Below are positions 20,189-30,568 of a DNA stretch of 64,000 nt, in pieces. The notes beneath the pieces were generated by a model, which was not told the origin of the DNA, ran no database searches, and was given only the letters and a program-made list of their open reading frames with translations. The stretch is taken from NCBI GenBank assembly GCA_963705165.1, contig CAVPJD010000011.1, forward strand, positions 32,001-96,000, read 5' to 3'. Made by a program: the position numbers and the translations under genes. Numbering within the stretch: the first letter of the stretch is position 1; each line of letters begins with the position of its first letter. This stretch comes from an uncultured delta proteobacterium. GTDB taxonomy: Bacteria; Desulfobacterota; Syntrophia; Syntrophales; UBA2192.

Positions 20189-22090
20189 TCATTTTGCTAC
20201 CACTTCCCGCAGCGCCGGCTTTGCTGGTCCCGCGAGTTTCCGTGCGGACTCGAGGATCCCTTCCTCGTCGATGCCGTAGCGGTGTCTCAACTCGGCCTGG
20301 CTTGCGTGCTCGACGAACTCGTCGCGGATGCCGAGGCGCTTCACCTCGATGCCGGAGAGGCCTTTCGCCTCGAGCATTTCGAGAACCGCGCTGCCAAAGC
20401 CGCCCGCAAGGACGTTCTCCTCCACGATGAGAACCTTCCCCGTTGCCGATGCCACACGGCTCAGGAGCTCCTCGTCGAGGGGTTTCACGAAGCGGCAGTT
20501 GACCACGGTGGCGTCGATTCCTTCCTCTCGCAGTCGCTTTGCGGCATTTAGGGACGGCTCAACCGTGTAGCCGATGGCGAAAATGGCCACGTCCCCGCCC
20601 TCCAGGAGAATCTCGGCCTTGCCGATCTCGATGGCTTTCAAGGTTTCGTCGAGGGGCACGCCCATTCCCTTGCCGCGGGGGTAGCGAACCGAGGCGGGGC
20701 CACCGCATGTGACGGCCGTCTTGAGCATGTGCTGCAGCTCGTTTTCGTCCCTGGGCGCCATGATGACGATGTTCGGGATGGCCCTCAGGTACGAGAAGTC
20801 GAAGAGCCCGTTGTGGGTCGCGCCATCGTCGCCCACGATGCCGCCGCGGTCCAGGGCGAGCACCACGGGGAGCTTCTGGAGGCAAACGTCGTGCAGCACC
20901 TGGTCGTAGGCCCGCTGCATGAAGGTGGAGTAGATGGCCACAACAGGGATGATCCCCTCCGTCGCCATCCCGGCGGCGAAGGTCACGCCGTGCTGCTCGG
21001 CAATCCCCACGTCGAAGAATCTCTCGGGAAATTCCTTCGCGTAGGCATCCAGTCCCGTCCCGCTGCACATGGCCGCCGTGATGGCCACGACCTTCGGGTT
21101 TTCCCGGGCGAGCTTGATCATCGTCCGGCCGAAAACCTCCGTGTAGCTGGGGATGCCGCTCGAATCCGCGGCGATTTCGCCTGTCCGGGCATCGAAGGGG
21201 CCGATGCCGTGGAACTTCGTCGGCTCCGTTTCGGCAGGCAGATACCCCTTGCCCTTTTTGGTCAGCACGTGGACCAGCACGGGGCGGTTGTGTTCCTTGA
21301 CGTTGCGGAGCATCGTGATGAGATGGTCGAGGCGGTGCCCCTCCAGGGGCCCCACGTACTCGAAGCCCAGCTCCTCGAAGAGGGCCCCGGGGGTGAGGAA
21401 GGACTTGAGGGCCTCCTCGGCCTGGCGGGAGATCTTGACCATCTGCTCGCCGACATTGGGGATGCCCCGGAGGAACTGCTTCACGTCGCCACGGAGCTTG
21501 GTGACCCGGCGGCCCGTCATGATCTGGTTGAGGTAAGCCGAAAGGGCGCCCACGTTGGGCGAAATCGACATTTCGTTGTCGTTGAGGATGATGATGAGGT
21601 CCTTCTTGCGGTCGCCCGCCCAGTTGAGCCCTTCGAAGGCCATGCCCGCCGACATGGACCCGTCGCCGATGACGGCGACGACCTTGAAGTTTTCGCCCTT
21701 GAGGCAGCGCGCTTCCGCGATCCCGGCCGAGGCCGAGATCGAGGTGCTGCTGTGGCCCACGCTGAAAACGTCGTAAATGCTCTCCTCGCGTCGCGGGAAC
21801 CCGCAGACGCCTCCGCTTTTGCGCAGCGTGTGGAACCGGTCGCGCCGGCCCGTGATGAGCTTGTGGGCGTAAGCCTGGTGACCCACATCCCAGATGATCT
21901 TGTCCCGGGGGGCATCGAAGACGTAGTGCAGGGCAAGGGTGAGCTCCACGGTGCCCAGCGACGGGGCCAGGTGACCGCCGTTTTTGGAGCAGGTCTCGAT
22001 GATGACTCTGCGGATGTCCTCGGCGAGGATTTCAAGCTCCTCCTGGCGGAGCAGCTTGATGTCGGCCGGCGAATTGATTTTTTCCAGCAT
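20189..22090 (-). CDS. dxs: 1-deoxy-D-xylulose-5-phosphate synthase
   Basis: GGHL, WDVGHQAY, GDG..NDN, IAEQH, DRGG, VRYPRG. Confidence 0.96.
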   Translation of the reverse strand: MLEKINSPADIKLLRQEELEILAEDIRRVIIETCSKNGGHLAPSLGTVELTLALHYVFDAPRDKIIWDVGHQAYAHKLITGRRDRFHTLRKSGGVCGFPRREESIYDVFSVGHSSTSISASAGIAEARCLKGENFKVVAVIGDGSMSAGMAFEGLNWAGDRKKDLIIILNDNEMSISPNVGALSAYLNQIMTGRRVTKLRGDVKQFLRGIPNVGEQMVKISRQAEEALKSFLTPGALFEELGFEYVGPLEGHRLDHLITMLRNVKEHNRPVLVHVLTKKGKGYLPAETEPTKFHGIGPFDARTGEIAADSSGIPSYTEVFGRTMIKLARENPKVVAITAAMCSGTGLDAYAKEFPERFFDVGIAEQHGVTFAAGMATEGIIPVVAIYSTFMQRAYDQVLHDVCLQKLPVVLALDRGGIVGDDGATHNGLFDFSYLRAIPNIVIMAPRDENELQHMLKTAVTCGGPASVRYPRGKGMGVPLDETLKAIEIGKAEILLEGGDVAIFAIGYTVEPSLNAAKRLREEGIDATVVNCRFVKPLDEELLSRVASATGKVLIVEENVLAGGFGSAVLEMLEAKGLSGIEVKRLGIRDEFVEHASQAELRHRYGIDEEGILESARKLAGPAKPALREVVAK

Positions 22091-22134
22091 GCCTTGGTTA
22101 ACCTGTTCTCTGTGCCTGTGCAACGCGATGGAGC

Positions 22135-23040
22135 TTATGTTTTTCGGTCCACGATGAACCGTGCGATCATCCTGAGGGGCTCGGCCCGCTCGTCCAGCAA
22201 GCTGAGATCGGCGAGGGCCTTTTCCACGAGTTCCGCGGCGAGGCGCCGCGAAGTCTCGACCCCGACGAGGGCGGGGTAAGTGAGCTTCCCCCGGGACTGG
22301 TCGCTCCCGGTGCCCTTGCCCAGGGCCTTCGCGTCGCCTTCGACGTTTAAGATATCATCGGCGATCTGAAACGCAAGCCCCACGTGGCGTCCGTATTCCG
22401 TCAGCGCGTAGAGCGCGTCGGCGTCCGCCCCGCCGAGGATGGCCCCGGCCCGGAGCGAGACCGTGATCAGGGCGCCCGTCTTTCGCGTGTGGATGAAGTT
22501 GAGCGTCTTCTCTTCAGGCGCCTTCCCTTCCGACTCGATGTCCACCACCTGGCCGCCCACCATGCCGAACCAGCCCGCCGCAAGCGCCACCTCCTGGATA
22601 ACCTGGAGCAGCTTCTCCGCCCTCACGACCCCCGTCGGCGTGCGCCCCGCGATGAGGCGGAAGGCGTCGGTGAGCAGGGCATCGCCTGCCAGGATGGCAA
22701 CGGCCTCGCCGAAGACCTTGTGGCTCGTCGGCTTGCCGCGCCGGGTGTCGTCGTTGTCCATGGCCGGGAGATCGTCGTGGATGAGCGAGTAGGTGTGGAT
22801 GAGCTCGAGCGCGCAGGCCGTGGGCATGACGACGTCGATCGGGCCGCCGACGGCCTCGGCAGCTCCGATGCATAGGATCGGGCGAAGGCGCTTCCCCCCG
22901 GCGAACACACTGTATCGGGCGGACCTGAAGATCACGGGAGGCTCGGTGGACTCGGCGGGGAGATAGAGCTCCAGAGCCTGATCGACGAGGGTCTTCCGCG
23001 TCTCGAGGTACTCGTCCAGGAAAATGGGGTTAGTGGTCAT
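22135..23040 (-). CDS. ispA: Farnesyl/geranyl diphosphate synthase
   Basis: GGKRLRP, DDLPAMDNDD, KT, FQIADD. Confidence 0.93.
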   Translation of the reverse strand: MTTNPIFLDEYLETRKTLVDQALELYLPAESTEPPVIFRSARYSVFAGGKRLRPILCIGAAEAVGGPIDVVMPTACALELIHTYSLIHDDLPAMDNDDTRRGKPTSHKVFGEAVAILAGDALLTDAFRLIAGRTPTGVVRAEKLLQVIQEVALAAGWFGMVGGQVVDIESEGKAPEEKTLNFIHTRKTGALITVSLRAGAILGGADADALYALTEYGRHVGLAFQIADDILNVEGDAKALGKGTGSDQSRGKLTYPALVGVETSRRLAAELVEKALADLSLLDERAEPLRMIARFIVDRKT

Positions 23041-23269
23041 CTCCTTCCGGTTCGGGCTTGAAGGGCTTGACCTCCAGGTCACCCTCCTTTTTAAGAAGGA
23101 TCTCGATCCTTCGTTCGGCCTCGTCGAGCTTGCGCGAGCAAAGCCTTGCCAGACGAATCCCCTCCTCGAAGGAGGCGAGGGACTCGTCGAGCGTGAGCTC
23201 GCCCAGTTCCATCTTCCGGACGATCTCCTCGAGCTTCGACAGGGCGTCCTCGAACTTGGCCTCTGCCAT
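23030..23269 (-). CDS. xseB: Exodeoxyribonuclease VII small subunit
   Basis: FEDALSKLEEIV..LDESL..FEEG; gene order. Confidence 0.92.
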   Translation of the reverse strand: MAEAKFEDALSKLEEIVRKMELGELTLDESLASFEEGIRLARLCSRKLDEAERRIEILLKKEGDLEVKPFKPEPEGDDH

Positions 23270-23273
23270 GGCG

Positions 23274-24617
23274 TCATTCTTTTTCGATCTTGGTGACGAC
23301 GGCATCGAACCGACCTTTCGCAACATTTATGCCAACGGGATCCCCCGCGGATAGTTCTTTTACATCCCTGATTACCTGCCCTCCGGGCATCGTCCGGGCG
23401 ATGGCGTATCCCCGGGCGAGTACTCCCAGAGGGCTCAGGCTGTCCAGCAGGGCCGACCGGCCCGCAAGCCTCGTCCGCAGGGCTTCCACCTGGCGGAAGA
23501 TACCCGTTATCATGCTTTTCCTTATATTTTCAAGCACAAAGGTGAGGTTTGCCAGCCTTACCCCCGGGCTCAGGTACTGAAGGTGCGTCTCGAAATGGCG
23601 CAGCCTGTCCCGCTCGGTTCGCGCCCGGCGGATGAGGGAGGCACTCAGGTTGTTCAACCGCTCGTCGAGGCCGAGCCGCAAGTCGACAAGGCGGCGCCTG
23701 GGGTCGCGGACCCTCTCGGCAAGCGTTTCCAGCCGGTCCTTCCGGAGCTTCAGCAGCCGCTCTCCACCGTTTACAAGCCGCGCGGTGAGCGCCCGGAGCT
23801 GCTGGGTGAGATCGCTTCTCATGGGGACCACCAGCTCAGCCGCCGCCGAAGGGGTGGGCGCCCGCATGTCGGCCACGAAGTCGGCAATGGTGAAATCGAT
23901 CTCGTGGCCCACGGCGCTGATGACAGGAATGCGCGAGGCGAAGATGGCCCGGGCGACGCCCTCGTTGTTGAAGGCCATGAGATCCTCGAGGGAGCCCCCG
24001 CCCCGCGCCACGATGATGACGTCGATGCCGGGCATCTCGTTCAGATGGTGAAGGGCCTCGACGATCTCGGCTGGGGCCTCGGCGCCCTGCACCCGCACGG
24101 GGGCGATGAGGATACGCACGGAGGGGAAGCGGCGCTTCGTAATATTAAGGATGTCCCGGATGACGGCGCCCGACGGCGAGGTGATAACGCCGATCCGCGA
24201 GGGCAGGTAGGGGATGGGATTTTTGTGGACGGGATCGAAAAGCCCCTCGGCCTGCAGTCGGGCCTTGAGCTGCTCGAAGGCGATCTGCAGGGCGCCGACA
24301 CCTCTGGGCTCGGCGTAGTCCAGGATGAGCTGGTACTCGCCGCGGGGCTTGTAGACGTTCATCCGGGCCCGGCAGACGATGTGCATCCCGTCCTCGAGAT
24401 CGAATTTCAGCACCCGGGCGACGGTCCGGAACATCACCGCCCGGACCTGGCTTGCTTCGTCTTTCAGCGTAAAGTAGAGATGGCCCGAGGCGGGCCTGCG
24501 CAGGTTGGAGATCTCGCCCTCGACCCAGAGCTGATCGAAGGTGGCCTCCAGGACATCCTGGACCTGCCGTGTGAGCTCCGTGACGGTCAGAATCTCGCGG
24601 GTTGAAAAGAGATCCAT
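23274..24617 (-). CDS. xseA: Exodeoxyribonuclease VII large subunit
   Basis: GEISN, GHLYFTLKD, RGGGSLEDL, GHEID, PTPSAAA. Confidence 0.95.
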   Translation of the reverse strand: MDLFSTREILTVTELTRQVQDVLEATFDQLWVEGEISNLRRPASGHLYFTLKDEASQVRAVMFRTVARVLKFDLEDGMHIVCRARMNVYKPRGEYQLILDYAEPRGVGALQIAFEQLKARLQAEGLFDPVHKNPIPYLPSRIGVITSPSGAVIRDILNITKRRFPSVRILIAPVRVQGAEAPAEIVEALHHLNEMPGIDVIIVARGGGSLEDLMAFNNEGVARAIFASRIPVISAVGHEIDFTIADFVADMRAPTPSAAAELVVPMRSDLTQQLRALTARLVNGGERLLKLRKDRLETLAERVRDPRRRLVDLRLGLDERLNNLSASLIRRARTERDRLRHFETHLQYLSPGVRLANLTFVLENIRKSMITGIFRQVEALRTRLAGRSALLDSLSPLGVLARGYAIARTMPGGQVIRDVKELSAGDPVGINVAKGRFDAVVTKIEKE

Positions 24618-24760
24618 AGGGAGGAAGTAGCAGAGGGGGTGAAGCGATGCAAGGAATTTGTGCCGCACCTCTGTCGCCGACAACGCCTTTCGCTCTTTGA
24701 CTTTTTCAAGGCCTTGGGGTAAGAAGTGGCAATAATAACCGGGGGGGAAAAGAGTTTTTC

Positions 24761-25798
24761 ATGGCGAAGAAAATCAGCAAGAAGAAGCAGGATTACCTGA
24801 AATCCAAAGTCGAGCACATCGACATCACCAAGATCAACGCCGTCGACATCGTCAACTCGATGAAGAAGATGTCCTTCTCGGCCCGCGACCTGGCCGAGGC
24901 GGCCGAGATGTACAACCGCATGCTTGCCGACCGCAACTGCGTCATCTTCCTCACCATCGCCGGGAGCACGAGCGCCGCGGGCTGCATGCAGATCTACGCG
25001 GACATGGTGAGGTACAACATGGTGGACGCCATCGTTGCCACGGGGGCCTCCATCGTGGACATGGACTTCTTCGAGGCCCTGGGCTTTCGCCACTACCAGG
25101 GCACGCCCCACGTCGACGACAGCGAGCTGCGCAGGCTCTACATCGACCGGATCTACGACACCTACATCGACGAGCAGCAGCTTCAGCACTGCGACAAGAC
25201 CGTCACGAAGATCGCCGACGCGCTTGCGCCCCGGCCCTACTCCTCCCGGGAATTCATCAGGGAGATGGGAAAATACCTGACAAAAAACGCAAAGAAAAAG
25301 GACTCGCTGGTCCAGCTCGCCTACGAGAACGACGTACCCATCTTCTGCCCGGCTTTTTCCGACTCCAGCGCGGGTTTCGGCCTGGTGCTGCACCAGCACA
25401 AGCGACCGAAGAGCCATGTCTCCATCGACTCGGTGAAGGACTTCCGGGAACTGACGGAGATCAAGATCGCGGCGCCCGCGTCGGGCCTTCTCATGATCGG
25501 CGGCGGCGTGCCGAAGAACTTCATCCAGGACACGGTCATCTGCGCCGAGATCCTCGGCAAGGACGTCCCCATGCACCAGTACGCCGTGCAGATCACCGTG
25601 GCCGATGCGCGCGACGGGGCCTGCTCGAGCTCGACGCTCAAAGAAGCCGCTTCCTGGGGTAAGGTGGACACCGTCTCCGAGCAGATGGTCTTCGCCGAGG
25701 CGACGATGGCCCTGCCTCTGCTGGCAAGCTACGCGTACCACAAGGGAGACTGGAAGAAGCGCAAGAAGTGGAGGTTCTCCAAACTCTATAAAGATTAG
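24761..25798 (+). CDS. Deoxyhypusine synthase-like protein (probable homospermidine synthesis)
   Basis: GGGVPKN, DGACS, EAASWGK (catalytic Lys region). Confidence 0.88.
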   Translation: MAKKISKKKQDYLKSKVEHIDITKINAVDIVNSMKKMSFSARDLAEAAEMYNRMLADRNCVIFLTIAGSTSAAGCMQIYADMVRYNMVDAIVATGASIVDMDFFEALGFRHYQGTPHVDDSELRRLYIDRIYDTYIDEQQLQHCDKTVTKIADALAPRPYSSREFIREMGKYLTKNAKKKDSLVQLAYENDVPIFCPAFSDSSAGFGLVLHQHKRPKSHVSIDSVKDFRELTEIKIAAPASGLLMIGGGVPKNFIQDTVICAEILGKDVPMHQYAVQITVADARDGACSSSTLKEAASWGKVDTVSEQMVFAEATMALPLLASYAYHKGDWKKRKKWRFSKLYKD

Positions 25799-25849
25799 CA
25801 GCCTGAAGAAAACTTTCTACGGGCTCTCGCTCATACAACCGAAGATGAC

Positions 25850-25885
25850 AAAGGGCCGGTGCCAAAACGCCGGCCCTTTTTTTTT
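25850..25885 (+). terminator. Intrinsic terminator
   Basis: aaagggccgg...ccggccc followed by T9. Confidence 0.8.
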
Positions 25886-26087
25886 GCAACTCATGACCCT
25901 CCGATCCAAATCGGATGGTCCCATTTCGGAGTAGAGCCCGAAAGGTGCCCCATTCCAGCGACACAGGACTCCTGTGCCATTTTGGCCTGGATTCGAGGCC
26001 TCCCGCCCGTTGCAGCCGCTCTGCCCTCTTTATCGTATATATTTAATATCATTCACTTATCTATAAAGGCGGCTCCTCATTTTCCCC

Positions 26088-26103
26088 TGGCACATCCGAT
26101 GCT
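26088..26103 (+). promoter_or_regulatory. Putative sigma54 promoter of pilY1
   Basis: TGGCAC-ATCCG-ATGCT (GG-N10-GC). Confidence 0.6.
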
Positions 26104-26141
26104 CCTGCATGACGGCAGATCGAATCCCAAGGAGGTCAGTC

Positions 26142-29100
26142 ATGATCGGGACGACAAGAGTAAAAGGAAACGCAGCCCACCCCAGGCGAGACACAAGAGC
26201 GATGAGGATCTGGCTCTGTTCGTTCGCAATCCTCGCAATCCTGCTTCCCATGGGACAGGCCTGGGCGGGTGATGACAACACCGAGGAGGGGCTCTTCACG
26301 GCCGTCGCCCCCGATGCCATGATCGTCCTCGATCTTTCCGGGAGCATGAAGTGGAATCCGCCCGGCGACCATGATTCGGGGAACAATCCGACGAATCTTT
26401 ACAGTAATTCCACCTGCTCGGGTCCCTTCTACAGCGATCAGTCGCATTCGGGCTACACGACCCTGTGCTCGCGCTACGAGATCGCCCGGAAGACCCTCTT
26501 CAACATCCTGGACGACAATCGTGACGGAACGATCAATGCCAATGACGAATCGAGCACGAACATACGTTTCGGCCTGGGCAAGTTCCAGGGAAGCGCCTAC
26601 ACGAAGCTGCGCGACATCGCGGCCAAGTACTCCGAGATCTATTGCGGCAGCGCCTCCTGCACCGTGGATGAGGCCGCGAACGGCACGCAGAACATCCGCT
26701 ACTCGATGAGCTCTTCCAACGTCAGCGGAGCCACCCCCCTCGTCTCGGCCCTCTCGGGCGTGAAAAGCTATCTCGACACGCACAAGACAACCGATTCCTA
26801 CCAGAGCTGCCGCCAGAAGTTCGTCATCCTCGTCTCCGACGGGGCCGACACGGTGAGCTGCAGCGGCGCGGGCTACGACACCCAGGCCGACCAGTACAAA
26901 CGCAGGCGCGACTCGGTGCTGGCGGCCAAGGCCCTGGCCGACGCAGGCTACAAGGTTTTCGTCATCGGCATGGGGAGCAGCATGCCGGACTACCTGAAGA
27001 ACACCCTCAACTGGATGGCCTACTGGGGCGGGACTGACAACCCCCTGATCCCGAATGCCGGTTCCACGTCGGGTATTGATCCCGCCGCGGTTTCCTCCTG
27101 CGGCAGCTCCTCCACGACGGGCACCTGCGACGGGACGAGCGATCAGTGCTTCGCCACCTCCAATGACCCGGGAACGGCGCCCCTTTCGGGCTATGCCTTC
27201 CTGGCCAACAACGCCGCAGAGCTCGAGGCGGCCTTCCGGCAGGCCATCAACCACATCCGGGAGGCGACGTATTCCTTCACGCAATCCTCCGTGGCCTCAT
27301 CGCGGCTCATCGACGAGAATTACCTCTACGAGGCAACCTTCCAACCCGCGAACGGGGAGCCCTTCTGGCAGGGCCACATCAAGAAGTACAATATCAACGC
27401 CGATGGCAGCATCGGGAGCGTGGCCTGGGACGCAGGTTCGGTACTCCAGGCAACCTCGGCCGGCTCGCGGACGATCTACACCTACAAGTCGGGCGCGCAG
27501 ACCGCTTTCACCGCATCCGGCATCACCAGCGCCGATCTCAACGTGGTCGACGACACGAGGCGAAACGAGGTGGTGGGCTTCATCCGGGGCGAAAGCACCT
27601 ACAACCCCGACAACTGGAAGCTGGGCGACACCTTCCGCTCGAACCCGATCACGGTGGGCACGCCCGCGCAGTATTACAGGGACAACCGGGACGCGGCCAA
27701 TGCCTTTGCAACCTTCCGCACCAATAACGTCCGCTCGACGGCCAACGGCAAGCGAATCGTCCTGGCGGGCGCCAATGACGGCCAGATCCATGCCTTCCGC
27801 ACCAGCGACGGGGCCGAGCTCTGGAGCTTCATCGCGCCGAACCTCCTGAGCAAGCTCAAGGACATCGCCCACTCCTCACATCCCACGGGCCTGACCCACC
27901 AGTACTACGTCGACGGCCCCATCAGTGTCGCCGACGTGTGGCTGGGAAGCGGCGACGGGACGACGAAAAGCGCCTCGGACTGGAAGACCCTGCTGGTCTT
28001 CGCCCAGGGCAGGGGCGCCACGCAAACCCTCTGGAGTTCGTCGAGCTCCTGCGACGGCGGCTTCAGCAACGTCTACTCTGCCGGCAACCCCTACTACTGC
28101 GGCTACCACGCCCTGGACATCACGAACACGGCAGCCCCCGCCTACAAGTGGCGCATCGCCCCGTCGGCAAGCCAGGCCCCTTATCTCGGCGAGCCCTGGA
28201 GCAAGATGATGGTGAGCCGGGTGAAAGTCGGCGGCGTCGAGAAGTGGGTCGGCTTCTTCGGCGGGGGACACAACTTCTCGAGCTGCACCGGGGCGGGCTG
28301 CGACACCCGGGGGAAAGGGTTCTTCGTCGTCGAGCTGGCCACCGGCAACGTCCTGTGGAGCCTTACCCTGGCCGACAACTCGGACATGGCCTATTCGATG
28401 CCCGGAACCCCGACGATGATCGACTCCGACAACGACGGCTTCATCGACCTGGCCTATATCGGCGATCTGGGAGGCAATCTCTGGCGCTTCAAATTCTGCT
28501 CTGACGCCGATGGCAGCCCCTGCGGGACCTCGAACTGGACCGGCTCGCGGCTCTACGCACGGGAGGCCGGCATCGGGCCCGTCTACGATGCCCCAACCGC
28601 GACCCGGGACACCAGCGGCAACATCTGGCTCTACTGGGGCACCGGCGACAAGGCCGAGCCCATCGTCGTGGGCGGCGGCACGGACCGGCTCTTTGCCGTG
28701 AAGGACACCACGATGACCGGCACGGTTCGGCTCAGCAACCTCGAAAATATCACGGCCAGCACCTATACCGACAACGCAACAAAGGCCGGCTGGTACATCA
28801 ACCTTGCTGGGGCCGGCGAGAAGTGCCTCTCCGATTCCTCCATCTTCGGGGGCCAGGTCTACTTCACCACCTACACCCCCGCAACCGGCTCCAGCGATCC
28901 CTGCAGCCAGGCGGGCACGGCAAAGCTCTACGCTGTCAACTACATCAGCGGCTCCGGATCCCTCTCGGGGGGCAGCCGCAGCATGACACTCGGCGTGGGC
29001 ATCCCCACGGCGCCCGTTCTGTCCATGAACCCTTACGGCAGTACCCCGGATCTCTATGTCACCGTCAGTGGCGGCGCGGGGATCGGCTCGAACACCCAGA

Positions 29101-29174
29101 AGGCGACCGTCAACCCGCCCTCGATCGCCAACCGGACCAACATCCTGCACTGGAGGGACCGGCGGATTCAGTAG
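26142..29174 (+). CDS. pilY1: Type IV pilus tip adhesin PilY1/PilC (vWA domain + beta-propeller)
   Basis: Signal peptide; DLSGSM, TPL, SDG MIDAS elements; GANDGQIHAF, YYVDG, DSDNDGFID Ca loop, WGTG, GWY; AAGGAGG RBS. Confidence 0.9.
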   Translation: MIGTTRVKGNAAHPRRDTRAMRIWLCSFAILAILLPMGQAWAGDDNTEEGLFTAVAPDAMIVLDLSGSMKWNPPGDHDSGNNPTNLYSNSTCSGPFYSDQSHSGYTTLCSRYEIARKTLFNILDDNRDGTINANDESSTNIRFGLGKFQGSAYTKLRDIAAKYSEIYCGSASCTVDEAANGTQNIRYSMSSSNVSGATPLVSALSGVKSYLDTHKTTDSYQSCRQKFVILVSDGADTVSCSGAGYDTQADQYKRRRDSVLAAKALADAGYKVFVIGMGSSMPDYLKNTLNWMAYWGGTDNPLIPNAGSTSGIDPAAVSSCGSSSTTGTCDGTSDQCFATSNDPGTAPLSGYAFLANNAAELEAAFRQAINHIREATYSFTQSSVASSRLIDENYLYEATFQPANGEPFWQGHIKKYNINADGSIGSVAWDAGSVLQATSAGSRTIYTYKSGAQTAFTASGITSADLNVVDDTRRNEVVGFIRGESTYNPDNWKLGDTFRSNPITVGTPAQYYRDNRDAANAFATFRTNNVRSTANGKRIVLAGANDGQIHAFRTSDGAELWSFIAPNLLSKLKDIAHSSHPTGLTHQYYVDGPISVADVWLGSGDGTTKSASDWKTLLVFAQGRGATQTLWSSSSSCDGGFSNVYSAGNPYYCGYHALDITNTAAPAYKWRIAPSASQAPYLGEPWSKMMVSRVKVGGVEKWVGFFGGGHNFSSCTGAGCDTRGKGFFVVELATGNVLWSLTLADNSDMAYSMPGTPTMIDSDNDGFIDLAYIGDLGGNLWRFKFCSDADGSPCGTSNWTGSRLYAREAGIGPVYDAPTATRDTSGNIWLYWGTGDKAEPIVVGGGTDRLFAVKDTTMTGTVRLSNLENITASTYTDNATKAGWYINLAGAGEKCLSDSSIFGGQVYFTTYTPATGSSDPCSQAGTAKLYAVNYISGSGSLSGGSRSMTLGVGIPTAPVLSMNPYGSTPDLYVTVSGGAGIGSNTQKATVNPPSIANRTNILHWRDRRIQ

Positions 29175-29193
29175 GCCCAGAGAGAGGATGGCG

Positions 29194-29226
29194 AAAAAGG
29201 CCGCCCCGGCAACGGGGCGGCCTTTT
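29194..29226. terminator. Bidirectional terminator
   Basis: aaaaaggccgcccc-ggcaac-ggggcggcctttt. Confidence 0.8.
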
Positions 29227-29256
29227 AAATTTGTACGGTCACTTTTTTCCGCCGTT

Positions 29257-29691
29257 TCAGGAAGTTCCCCCCTCCAGTTCGGCAATCCGTCGCTTCAGAT
29301 TCTCCGGCACGGCGGCCTTGCGGTTTGCCCGGTAATCGTAGCAGACCAGGGTCCCCTCCCCCTCGGCGGCCAGGCGGCCCAGCCGGTGGCTGAAGACGGC
29401 ATAGCGCATGACGAAGCGGTCCTCGCCGATGCTCGCCACCCGCGCCCCGATCGAAACCGTGTCTGGATAGGACAGGGCTGCGCGGAAACGGCAGGTCGTC
29501 TCGGCCAGGATCGGGCCTATGGGGTCCCTGCCCAGAAATTCCGGGACATCGAGCTTCTCGAAATAGGCGATCCGGGCTGTCTCGAAGTAGCGAAAGTAGA
29601 CGATATTGTTAACGTGGCCGAAGGCGTCCATCTCCCCCCAGGCCACGGGGGTTTCCATAACAACAGGATAATCAGCCAGCACTTTTTCCAT
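29257..29691 (-). CDS. Acyl-CoA thioesterase (YbgC/4HBT-like)
   Basis: VAWGEMDAFGHVNNIVYFRYFETAR. Confidence 0.88.
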   Translation of the reverse strand: MEKVLADYPVVMETPVAWGEMDAFGHVNNIVYFRYFETARIAYFEKLDVPEFLGRDPIGPILAETTCRFRAALSYPDTVSIGARVASIGEDRFVMRYAVFSHRLGRLAAEGEGTLVCYDYRANRKAAVPENLKRRIAELEGGTS

Positions 29692-30152
29692 CACCACTCC
29701 TCCTTGCCGTTTCAGCAGTTCCATCTTAACAGATTACCCCGCCCCACTCAATCACATGAAACCCCTCAAAGCCCCCGTCGACGTGAAACCGCAGCCCCTT
29801 GCCAGGGCCCGGCAGGGCGGGACCGGGCAGGCGGCATCAAGGGGCTTTGTCGCAAAAACTGCCGATGCCGTGAAGGCCGCTAACCCTTCGCCCAAGGCAC
29901 CCTGAAAAGATAGGGGTAAGCTGTATTTTGCACAGGTTCCTGGTTTTTTCGATGTTCCTGAAATCGGAAACGGCAATCCAGAAATGCAGTATTCCAGTTT
30001 GGCACAACATTTTTAACTCCTTGAATTAAATAATCAATTCAAAGACAGCCCCTCCAATTACGCATCCCGTGCCGATCATGTCCTCGATCTGCTGTTGAGC
30101 TCAAATTACCTAACGTGCTGTTTTTAAAAGTTATTATATCGATCGCCTTCTT

Positions 30153-30168
30153 TGGTGCGTAAGATGCT
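30153..30168 (+). promoter_or_regulatory. Putative sigma54 promoter
   Basis: TGGTGC-GTAAG-ATGCT (GG-N10-GC), 37 nt before ATG 30205. Confidence 0.45.
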
Positions 30169-30204
30169 CTTCTTCCGGGTAAACGATGACGGAGGAATCA
30201 ATCG

Positions 30205-30444
30205 ATGAACGCGACGATAGCAGAAACCCTGATCGGCCAGAATGAGATCGGCCACGAGAAAATCGGAAACGACTACCAGATCTATCACCAGATCGTGGAA
30301 GTGGACTCGGCCGATGACAGCATGATCTTCACGATCATCGATCTCTTCATGGTCCTTCTGGTTTATCTCGGCCCTGTGGTCGCCTTCGGATACCTGGTTG
30401 CTCCCGTCGTCGCCCGCCTGCTGAGAATGCCTGTACCGAATTAA
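30205..30444 (+). CDS. Small hypothetical membrane protein
   Basis: GGAGG RBS, C-terminal hydrophobic segment, followed by a strong hairpin. Confidence 0.6.
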   Translation: MNATIAETLIGQNEIGHEKIGNDYQIYHQIVEVDSADDSMIFTIIDLFMVLLVYLGPVVAFGYLVAPVVARLLRMPVPN

Positions 30445-30471
30445 TCGGCACAACGGATACGATATGCGTCA

Positions 30472-30515
30472 CCTCATCGCCGGGACCGGATGAAAGACCG
30501 GTCCCGGCGATGAGG
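30472..30515. terminator. Long hairpin between convergent genes
   Basis: cctcatcgccgggaccgg...ccggtcccggcgatgagg. Confidence 0.6.
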
Positions 30516-30568
30516 GTCCCTCTCTGCTCAGGCCCCCCCTCCCGATCAATGTCGGGCCCGGGCTTTGT

